Assembly (NCBI GenBank): GCA_015064555.1
Contig: SVRZ01000005.1
Location: 17,619-81,618, forward strand
Direction of reading: 5' to 3'
From: Oscillospiraceae bacterium
GTDB lineage: Bacteria; Bacillota; Clostridia; Oscillospirales; CAG-272
Length of the DNA stretch: 64,000 bases
Positions within the stretch are counted from its first letter, which is position 1. The number at the start of each line of letters is the position of its first letter. Under the pieces are notes generated by a model. That model did not search any database, was not told the origin of the DNA, and was given only the letters and a program-made list of their open reading frames with translations. The position numbers and the translations under genes are program-made. Below, piece after piece: positions 18,742-25,294 of this stretch.

Positions 18742-19793
18742 TTTGCAAGACTCTTTTCAAGAGCCTCGAAGAGTCCGTTTATATAGGTCGCGCCGAGAGC
18801 ACGGTCGAAGAGTCCGTAGCCGGGCTTTCCCGTTTCGCCCCAGACCATTCTGCCGTGGTCGGGACGGACGTAGCCGTCAAAGCCGTTCTCTGCGAGCGCC
18901 TTAACTATCTCGTACATATCGAGTGAGCCGCAGGAGGAAAGATGCGCTCTCTCCTCAAACGAGCCGTCCTCCATAAGCTTTACGTTACGGATGTGCATAA
19001 ATGCAATTCTGTCCATCTCGGCATACTTGCGAACCATCTTCACGATATCGTTTGTCTTTGCACATCCGAGAGAGCCTGTGCAGAGGCAAAGGCTGTTTGC
19101 GGGGCTGTCAACGATCTTAAGGAATCTATCAAGATTCTCCTCACAGGTGATGATCCTGGGAAGACCGAAGATGGGGTATGGCGGATCATCGGGATGGATC
19201 GCCATTCTCACGCCACATTCCTCTGCAACGGGAATGACCTTCTTCAAGAACTTTTCAAGATTTGCCCAGAGTCCCTCCTCGCCTATCTCACCGTATGCGG
19301 TGATAAGCTCGCGGACCTCGTCCTGGCTATAGCTGGAATCCCAGCCGGGAAGATGGATATCGTCCTTAAGAGGATCGAGACCGCGCATCTGATCCCAATA
19401 CATTACAAGGCTGGTGGAGCCGTCCGGATGCTTCTTATCAAGCTGAGTACGAGTCCAGTCGAATACGGGCATGAAGTTATAGGTCACGCACTTGATGCCG
19501 TACTTCGCGCATCTGCGGATATTCTCGCAGTAAACCTCGAGAAGCTCGTCCACTCTGCCTCTGCCAAGCTTTATATCCTCGTGAACGGGGATGGACTCAA
19601 CAACGTCGAATACAAGACCGTGGCTCTCGCACTGCTCCTTCATCTTCTTAAGGCTCTCCTCGCCCCATACCTCACCGGGCTTTACGTCGTATACCGCAGA
19701 AACGATAGAACGCATACCGGGGATCTGAGAGATATATTCAAGCGAAATGGGATCGCTTTCTCCGTACCAACGGAAGGACATTTTCATTTTCAT
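18738..19793 (-). CDS. uxuA: mannonate dehydratase
   Basis: [27 protein letters not shown]......GEVW is the conserved UxuA N-terminus. Length is 351 aa and it reads as a xylose-isomerase-like TIM barrel throughout. Confidence 0.9.
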   Translation of the reverse strand: MKMKMSFRWYGESDPISLEYISQIPGMRSIVSAVYDVKPGEVWGEESLKKMKEQCESHGLVFDVVESIPVHEDIKLGRGRVDELLEVYCENIRRCAKYGIKCVTYNFMPVFDWTRTQLDKKHPDGSTSLVMYWDQMRGLDPLKDDIHLPGWDSSYSQDEVRELITAYGEIGEEGLWANLEKFLKKVIPVAEECGVRMAIHPDDPPYPIFGLPRIITCEENLDRFLKIVDSPANSLCLCTGSLGCAKTNDIVKMVRKYAEMDRIAFMHIRNVKLMEDGSFEERAHLSSCGSLDMYEIVKALAENGFDGYVRPDHGRMVWGETGKPGYGLFDRALGATYINGLFEALEKSLAK

Positions 19794-19853
19794 TATATCT
19801 GACCTCTTTTCTTTGTTTCAATTCATTTTCAGTGTGACTATTCACTATAAGGT

Positions 19854-19882
19854 ATTATAAACTAAAATTAGTTCTATGTCAA
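19854..19882 (-). promoter_or_regulatory. sigma-A-type promoter for uxuA
   Basis: On the minus strand: TTGACA (19882-19877), 17-nt spacer, TATAAT (19859-19854). Confidence 0.45.
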
Positions 19883-19964
19883 CAAATAAAAATTTTTTGT
19901 TAGGATTTTTTAATAAAATCGTGCTCTTCATACCTCTACCCCTCTTATTCAATCATTAAAGGGC

Positions 19965-19993
19965 TTGACATTACCGGCTATCTATTTTATAAT
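19965..19993 (+). promoter_or_regulatory. sigma-A-type promoter for the binding-protein lipoprotein gene
   Basis: TTGACA (19965-19970), 17-nt spacer, TATAAT (19988-19993). Confidence 0.45.
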
Positions 19994-20030
19994 ATTGGTA
20001 TAGATTACTAAGGCTAAACAGGTAACAGAG

Positions 20031-21053
20031 ATGAAAAAAATAATTACCTTATTGATGCTTATCGCGCTTACGCTTACTGCTACCTCCTGCGAAGGAAAAA
20101 GCACCGCGCGGGTTGCGGTGCTATGGAGCAATATCAGCGATACTGCTAATCTGTCAGATGAATTTGACAATGCGATGCGCTTCAAAAACATAAAGTACAT
20201 ACGCTATGACGCAAAGGGCAGCGAAGCAGCTCTTATCAAGCAAGCGCAGGAGGCTATCGGAAACGGTTCGCCGGCGCTTATCGTAAACTGCAGGTATGAT
20301 ACCACCGCCGCAGCGGTAATAGCCTTGGCAAAGAGTGCAGGGATCCCCGTCATTTTTATGGCATCCAATGTTTCTGCCGAAGCTCTTTCGCTTTACGATA
20401 AGTGCTATTCGGTGGCATCTGACAGCTCTGCTCTATATGAAACACTCGGCGAGCGCATAGCAAAGGACGTTATTAATCGCTATGAAAAATACGACCAAAA
20501 CGGTGACGGAAATATAAGCTACGTTGCATTCGGATTTGCCGCGACGGCAGCTATAACGATTAACGAGAGATTGAACGAAGCCGGCCTTCCCCATCTTATG
20601 CCGATCGCTCACGATCCTCTTAAAACCGAGGCTGAAAATATAACCTCTATCTTTTCCGGCTATATCGGCCCGAGCAATCCTCCGGTTGAGCTTATTATAA
20701 CCCCCAATGACGATGCTATTGAGGAGCTGCTTCTCGCCCTGCGAGATCACGGATTTAACCGAAAAAGCCCGAAAACCGATCTCATCCCTCTTTATACCGT
20801 CGGCGCCTCTGCAAACGCAGGTAAGCTTATCGACACCAAGGACGAAGAGGAGCGCGAGGCTTACTCGGTTATGAGCGCTATCGACGATGGATTCCTCTCC
20901 GCGGCGGCTCTCGAGGACGATGATACCCTCGCAAAAACCGCAGCCCGCGTTCTCCGTAACCTCCTTAAGGACAAGGACGCTTTCGCAAAGATCGATAAAT
21001 CCCTTACTCCCGAAGGAAATCAGGTTTCGGTCAAGTATACTATATACGGTTGA
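20031..21053 (+). CDS. lipoprotein, periplasmic-binding-protein type I (sugar-binding-like) fold, 340 aa; no adjacent ABC permease or ATPase
   Basis: Lipobox LTATSC. The alternating beta-alpha pattern (RVAVLWSN...IKYIRYDAKG...QAQEAIGNGSPALIVN...GIPVIFM) resembles MglB/RbsB-type binding proteins. The family call is tentative. Confidence 0.6.
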   Translation: MKKIITLLMLIALTLTATSCEGKSTARVAVLWSNISDTANLSDEFDNAMRFKNIKYIRYDAKGSEAALIKQAQEAIGNGSPALIVNCRYDTTAAAVIALAKSAGIPVIFMASNVSAEALSLYDKCYSVASDSSALYETLGERIAKDVINRYEKYDQNGDGNISYVAFGFAATAAITINERLNEAGLPHLMPIAHDPLKTEAENITSIFSGYIGPSNPPVELIITPNDDAIEELLLALRDHGFNRKSPKTDLIPLYTVGASANAGKLIDTKDEEEREAYSVMSAIDDGFLSAAALEDDDTLAKTAARVLRNLLKDKDAFAKIDKSLTPEGNQVSVKYTIYG

Positions 21054-21091
21054 TAAATACCGTAGATAAACCATTTGTCATATAATACGAA

Positions 21092-21138
21092 AGAGCCTGC
21101 CTGAGATGCATTTCGCATCTCAGGCAGGCTCTGTTTTT
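21092..21138. terminator. bidirectional rho-independent terminator
   Basis: Perfect 18-bp stem AGAGCCTGCCTGAGATGC / GCATCTCAGGCAGGCTCT with a 5-nt loop, followed by GTTTTT. Confidence 0.75.
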
Positions 21139-21376
21139 AACTAAGACTGCCAGTTAGTATAACTTTTATAGCATAGGTAATCATTGCAACAAATGTAAAA
21201 ATAAAGTAAATTGTACGATGCGTATCGAAATCCAGCGGAGGATTAAATATGTTGAAAAATCGTTCTGCGGCATTTTCACCTAAAAGAATTTCTGTTACAA
21301 AAAACGGAGAGCCAAGAACTAGCACTGCAATAGATATAAAATTAATCACAGAAATTATCGTTTTAATAACTGTCAT
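21137..21376 (-). CDS. small two-TM membrane protein, 79 aa (hypothetical)
   Basis: Internal start MTVIKTIISVINFISIAVLVLG... at 21376 with AGGGGGG upstream. The longer track ORF would overlap the upstream gene by 77 nt. The region is AT-rich. Confidence 0.4.
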   Translation of the reverse strand: MTVIKTIISVINFISIAVLVLGSPFFVTEILLGENAAERFFNIFNPPLDFDTHRTIYFIFTFVAMITYAIKVILTGSLS

Positions 21377-21416
21377 ACTAATGACCCCCCTATTGTAAGC
21401 TGTAGAAATACTTTCT

Positions 21417-21737
21417 CTATCGAGTAGCGTAAAAATAGTTCCCCCTGAAATTCTTCTGCACGTTTTCATCCGAATCAAAATGAAAATCAACATCTTTGAC
21501 CGGGCTCGGAAAATAACCGTTATCCTTCAAGTAATTGATGAAGATTTCTTTTATTTGCTTCTTGGCATCATCTGTTATCAAGCTCAATTCCTTTTCTGTT
21601 TTCCAATAAATAAATGCCATATACGAGTTGTCGAAGTCAAAATAGAAATCTAAAATTTTGAAAATCTTAAAATTATAATTTTGATTCAAAATATTCATCA
21701 TCTTATCAGCCGTCTTATCAGCCGTAAATGGACTCAT
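21417..21737 (-). CDS. hypothetical 106-aa cytoplasmic protein (immunity-protein-like by context)
   Basis: ATG at 21737 preceded by AAGGAG. It lies immediately downstream of the RHS-core remnant. No family was recognised. Confidence 0.5.
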   Translation of the reverse strand: MSPFTADKTADKMMNILNQNYNFKIFKILDFYFDFDNSYMAFIYWKTEKELSLITDDAKKQIKEIFINYLKDNGYFPSPVKDVDFHFDSDENVQKNFRGNYFYATR

Positions 21738-21809
21738 AGGTTAAAATCTCCTTTTATAACAACCCCAAATGCATCAGTTCTTTGAGATAAGAATTAGTGT
21801 ATTCGGTGC

Positions 21810-21992
21810 TCAATTTAACAAATTTCCTTCCGGATCTGCATACATCACAGGATTGTTACTGCAATAAGCATACAGGTTATAGCTATTCAGATCACCGTTG
21901 GCGCCGAGGTAAGATGGTGCATCCGGCGAAATAAACCTACCTGTTCTACCGTCGTAGTATCTTGAATTTAGGTAATAGATTTCAATGACTTT
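21810..21992 (-). pseudogene. orphan RHS/YD-repeat core tip (no start codon, no toxin domain)
   Basis: Own translation: (R)KVIEIYYLNSRYYDGRTGRFISPDAPSYLGANGDLNSYNLYAYCSNNPVMYADPEGNLLN*. YYDxxxGRFxxxD plus NxYxYxxNNPxxxxDPxG is the conserved end of RHS shells. In-frame TGA and TAA lie just upstream. Confidence 0.7.
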
Positions 21993-22713
21993 TCTTTATC
22001 AAAATCACAATAGCCAATATGAAGACAACGGAATAAGTCATATCAAAATACTGAATCAGAACGCACAGACCATCGTCATTATAAATGCATTCAGCATCAG
22101 ATGCATCGGATGAATAAATTTTAATGTATGAATCTTCCAGTGTTGGGGCTGTGAAATAAGGAGGAAGTTCTAACACAAGCTGATTATTGTCGCCCAGATA
22201 GAATGCTTTTGTTTCATATAACCCACGATTTAATTCTGCTAATTCATCTTTTTTTTCATCATACTCTTCAAAAGATAAATAATCAGAATCTATTTCCTCT
22301 CCGTTTTTGTTGATGCGGAGATAATTTCTGCAACGAGAAGCTATCAATTCAATTTCATCATTTCCTATAGCGCCGCAATAAACGGTGGTTCCGTATGTTA
22401 CATTTATAATTAGAGTGTGTGAATATGTGCCGTTTTCATCGTAGATTACTACATTGTTACCAAATCTTACAAAAAACGACCCATCATCCCAAGCATCGGC
22501 CTGATCAAATGTTTCTTTTCTATTTTTTACTATATTTTGATAGATAGAGTCTTCATTTGTAAAATACTCTTCGTTCGTTACAGTAATTATAAAAGAAACA
22601 GTTTCTTCTAAGTCAGGTGGTTGGGATGGTGTTAACAAATCAAATTCAAATATTAATAACCCCAAAATAAGTATTACAACTAAATTTCTTAAAATATTAC
22701 TGATTTTATCCAT
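21982..22713 (-). CDS. hypothetical 243-aa protein with N- and C-terminal TM helices
   Basis: N-terminal ILRNLVVILILGLLIF and C-terminal VVFILAIVILI hydrophobic helices. AT-rich codon usage differs from the neighbouring genes. Confidence 0.55.
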   Translation of the reverse strand: MDKISNILRNLVVILILGLLIFEFDLLTPSQPPDLEETVSFIITVTNEEYFTNEDSIYQNIVKNRKETFDQADAWDDGSFFVRFGNNVVIYDENGTYSHTLIINVTYGTTVYCGAIGNDEIELIASRCRNYLRINKNGEEIDSDYLSFEEYDEKKDELAELNRGLYETKAFYLGDNNQLVLELPPYFTAPTLEDSYIKIYSSDASDAECIYNDDGLCVLIQYFDMTYSVVFILAIVILIKKSH

Positions 22714-22753
22714 GAAACAGCCTTCTCCTTCGCGTCATACACATTAAATGATA

Positions 22754-23155
22754 TTAAGGTTTAATTATTCCTCTTGCGATAGAGTTATCGTAAATAAGCC
22801 TGAGGAAGGAATATACACCAAAAACAACAAATTCATATCTCCAGAACCAGGACTCCGGAAAGAAAATATCGCATATCAGAAAGCAAGCACTTGTAAAAAT
22901 AGTAATTGCTGCGTGTATATAGGATAGATACGCCATAAATCTATAGTCCGGCTCGTAATATTCTTTAAAGGCAAATACCCAAAACATTCTTTGGAAGAAG
23001 GACCAATTTTTCTTGTAGTGCTTGTAGGCTCTGTTCCAGGATTTTCCGTGCCCATGCCTTCTGCGATAAGCACACGCTATAAATACGGCTCTGGCGTAGA
23101 GATCACAGAATAGAAAGCAATAGATATGCCCTCCAACCATAGCGAATCTGTACAT
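22754..23155 (-). CDS. hypothetical 133-aa membrane protein
   Basis: Hydrophobic, aromatic-rich ORF in the AT-rich island. No family was recognised. Confidence 0.4.
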   Translation of the reverse strand: MYRFAMVGGHIYCFLFCDLYARAVFIACAYRRRHGHGKSWNRAYKHYKKNWSFFQRMFWVFAFKEYYEPDYRFMAYLSYIHAAITIFTSACFLICDIFFPESWFWRYEFVVFGVYSFLRLIYDNSIARGIIKP

Positions 23156-23544
23156 ATACCGTTATGATTCCTCCTGTATCATCAATTGAGGTATCTAACA
23201 AAGCACCCGTACCTCCGATAATAGCATTGCCGATAATCTGTCCAGGAAGTTCTTTTCATACCGGGGCGCATACCCCTGGGGCAAGGTAAGATACGCAAAA
23301 GAGCACAGAACCACCGTGTCCGACGGTGATTCAAGGCAAGCGAACCTTATCCGAATAAGGCCTCGCTTGCGTAAGAAAACGCGCGGATAGATCTCCTATG
23401 CTCTAAATTTATTATACATTAAATGGAATTTTTTCGCAATAGCTTTTTATCGCCTGCGATGTAAAAATTTAAGGAAAATTTTTGTGCATATTACCGAAGC
23501 ACCGGAAGTAGGCAGGCGATATAGCATTTTTTTACAGAACCGAT

Positions 23545-23590
23545 AAAATAACAGTCGGACACTCCAAATTTGCATCCGGGGTGCCCGACT
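23545..23590 (-). terminator. rho-independent terminator of the B12-regulated operon
   Basis: On the minus strand, AGTCGGGCAC / GTGTCCGACT stem (one mismatch) followed by TTATTTTAT. Confidence 0.5.
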
Positions 23591-23615
23591 ATTGCTTATC
23601 ATTCTATCGGATTTT

Positions 23616-24167
23616 CTATGTAGCAGATCTTTTTTCAAGCCTTGTAATAAGGCGGGAAAGAGGCTCTATAAGAAAGCCTACGGCGAAATTGCCTGCGGCA
23701 TGGATAGCATCGAATGGAAGTCCCGCTATGATCCAGGCTATCATTCCGCGAAGATCAAGCCCGAACATCACCGCCTGAGCCGGGGCATAGAGCGTTCCGT
23801 AAAGGAGTCCGTGGAGCGCACATACCACCGGATAAACCATACACGCGGTACGCGCATTCATATTCCTTGGCAGGAGCATAGTCACTCCCCAGAGCAGAGT
23901 CCATATATAAAGATACGGAACCCACCACATATTGAAGCCGGCGTAAAGCCCGTTGAGCAGCACGTAGATATAGATAGGTATCAGCGCCTTTTTGCGGTAG
24001 ACTATGGTATAGGTCATAGTCAGCGCGCCTAAAAGATGAACGTTCGGAATAGCCTCCATCACCAGCTTGGATATAAGCATTATAGCTCCCAGCATAGGGA
24101 AGATCACCATCTCACGAACGGTTATCCTTGCTTTATTTTGTGTACGTAAGCTCATAATGACCGCCAT
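23616..24167 (-). CDS. ECF-transporter S component (substrate-capture subunit), probably cobalamin-related by context
   Basis: Small protein (183 aa by the track start) with about six hydrophobic helices and a C-terminal LPFDAIHAAGNF motif typical of ECF S components. It overlaps the upstream DUF4430 gene. The start is ambiguous (24167 or 24155). Confidence 0.6.
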   Translation of the reverse strand: MAVIMSLRTQNKARITVREMVIFPMLGAIMLISKLVMEAIPNVHLLGALTMTYTIVYRKKALIPIYIYVLLNGLYAGFNMWWVPYLYIWTLLWGVTMLLPRNMNARTACMVYPVVCALHGLLYGTLYAPAQAVMFGLDLRGMIAWIIAGLPFDAIHAAGNFAVGFLIEPLSRLITRLEKRSAT

Positions 24168-24567
24168 CGGCTATCTCAAGGTAAGATATTCCGACGATTG
24201 CGTATTCGCCATCCACCGAGAGAGCCCAATAGCTCCTGTCAACATCGTAATCGGCAAGGATACCGTTTACCTTCTTGACATAAAGACCGTATGCACCGTC
24301 CTCGCCCTCGATAAGATCGTGCTCAAGAAGAGCATCTGCAAGTATTTTCTTATCGGTCTTGATAGTAAAGGTGACCGATTCCTCTCCCGCCTTTACCTCG
24401 ACCTCTATAGTCTTATCTCCTTTACCTAGCGTAACGTCGCGGCGGTAGGTGGCATTCTCCCAAAGGCCATCTGCGTCAACCGTATTGCAGGCTGCGGCGA
24501 AGAGAAGCATAAGTGCGGCAATGAGTGCCATAGCGGCAGCTCTCGTAACGAATTTCATTTTTTCCAT
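24133..24567 (-). CDS. DUF4430-like lipoprotein (transcobalamin beta-domain-like), 144 aa
   Basis: Lipobox LFAAAC. V.V......E....F.I.TD...L.DAL.......GE....G.Y...V.G...D......YW...V.GE....G resembles DUF4430. The start was chosen at MEKMKF (24567). Confidence 0.65.
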   Translation of the reverse strand: MEKMKFVTRAAAMALIAALMLLFAAACNTVDADGLWENATYRRDVTLGKGDKTIEVEVKAGEESVTFTIKTDKKILADALLEHDLIEGEDGAYGLYVKKVNGILADYDVDRSYWALSVDGEYAIVGISYLEIADGGHYELTYTK

Positions 24568-24604
24568 TTTTTTGTTTATTCCTTCCTCTTGATCTTTCAA
24601 GAAG

Positions 24605-24815
24605 GATAAAGTAAAAGCGCCTCCCCCAGAGAAGGCGCAAAAATACCGCTCCTATACAAGCGAAGTAAAGCGCCTCCCCATCTGCCCGGGAGATTCTTTT
24701 ACGGATCGCGAATAAGGAAGCATTCCGACTTGAGCGCGATAGCGCTGATACGGCAATGGCTGTTGCTACGGATTCTCACCGTTATTTCCTTCCGAATACG
24801 CGTTTATTCCTTTTT
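24605..24815 (-). promoter_or_regulatory. probable cobalamin riboswitch with terminator/antiterminator expression platform
   Basis: The minus-strand RNA contains GGAAGGAAAUAAC-GGUGAGAAUCC-GUAGCAACAGCC...GCCGUA...CAAGUCGGAAUGCUUCC. The GGUGAGAAUCC core and AAGUCxGAAxxCxUxCC 3' element match cobalamin aptamers. The central CAGCCCCCGCUACUG-type segment is divergent. A terminator GCGCCU/AGGCGC + UUUUACUUU follows, and a duplicated GGGGAGGCGCUUUAC could form the alternative pairing. Confidence 0.55.
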
Positions 24816-24953
24816 GACACACCAATTATATCACAGCCTTTTTGTTTTTGCAATAGACTATTCGCTTTTTGGTAATTTTTATATCTAAAGATAATTTTTA
24901 CTACCGCTCGATTTGTTAAAATCATATAAAGTTGATTTTTTTACCCGAAATTA

Positions 24954-24982
24954 TTGATTTTTCTCAAAAAAAGTGCTATAAT
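24954..24982 (+). promoter_or_regulatory. sigma-A-type promoter of feoAB
   Basis: TTGATT (24954-24959), 17-nt spacer, TATAAT (24977-24982). Confidence 0.5.
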
Positions 24983-24988
24983 TTAAAT

Positions 24989-25006
24989 AGTTAGCATAGG
25001 CTAACT
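24989..25006. promoter_or_regulatory. 7-4-7 palindrome AGTTAGC-ATAG-GCTAACT, candidate DtxR-family operator
   Basis: Perfect inverted repeat starting 7 nt after the -10 box. The half-site TTAGC/GCTAA resembles the DtxR/IdeR box core (TTAGGTTAGCCTAACCTAA). Confidence 0.4.
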
Positions 25007-25066
25007 CATATAATAAACAAACTGCGGCAGGCTCTGCCGCTGACAAAAGAAGGAAAGAAACGGTAA

Positions 25067-25294
25067 ATGAAAACTCTTAAAGACGTTAGGATCGGAGGCT
25101 CGGCTAAAGTGATAAAGCTTCACGGCGAGGGCCCCGTTCGGCGCAGAATAATGGATATGGGTATAACGCGCGGTATAAGCATCTCGGTGCGCAAGGTTGC
25201 TCCGCTCGGCGATCCCATAGAGGTGACCGTGCGCGGATATGAGCTTTCGCTCAGGAAGGCGGATGCCGAGATGATCGAGGTGGAAATCATATGA
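25067..25294 (+). CDS. feoA: ferrous iron transport protein FeoA
   Basis: A 75-aa SH3-like FeoA (VIKLHGEGPVRRRIMDMGITRG..I.V...AP.GDPIEV.VRGYELSLRK..A..I.V) overlapping the feoB start. Confidence 0.9.
   Translation: MKTLKDVRIGGSAKVIKLHGEGPVRRRIMDMGITRGISISVRKVAPLGDPIEVTVRGYELSLRKADAEMIEVEII

Noticed and set aside
19800-19853. Small palindrome GTGA-ATAG-TCAC in the uxuA leader, considered as a GntR/LacI-type operator
   Set aside because: It has only 4-bp arms, which is too short to distinguish from chance without comparative data.
23161-23320. Minus-strand fragment KELPGQIIGNAIIGGTGALLDTSIDDTGGIITVY..., considered as another toxin C-terminal remnant
   Set aside because: It has no start codon, a stop lies immediately upstream, it is short, and it has no recognisable toxin or RHS motif. 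The evidence is insufficient.
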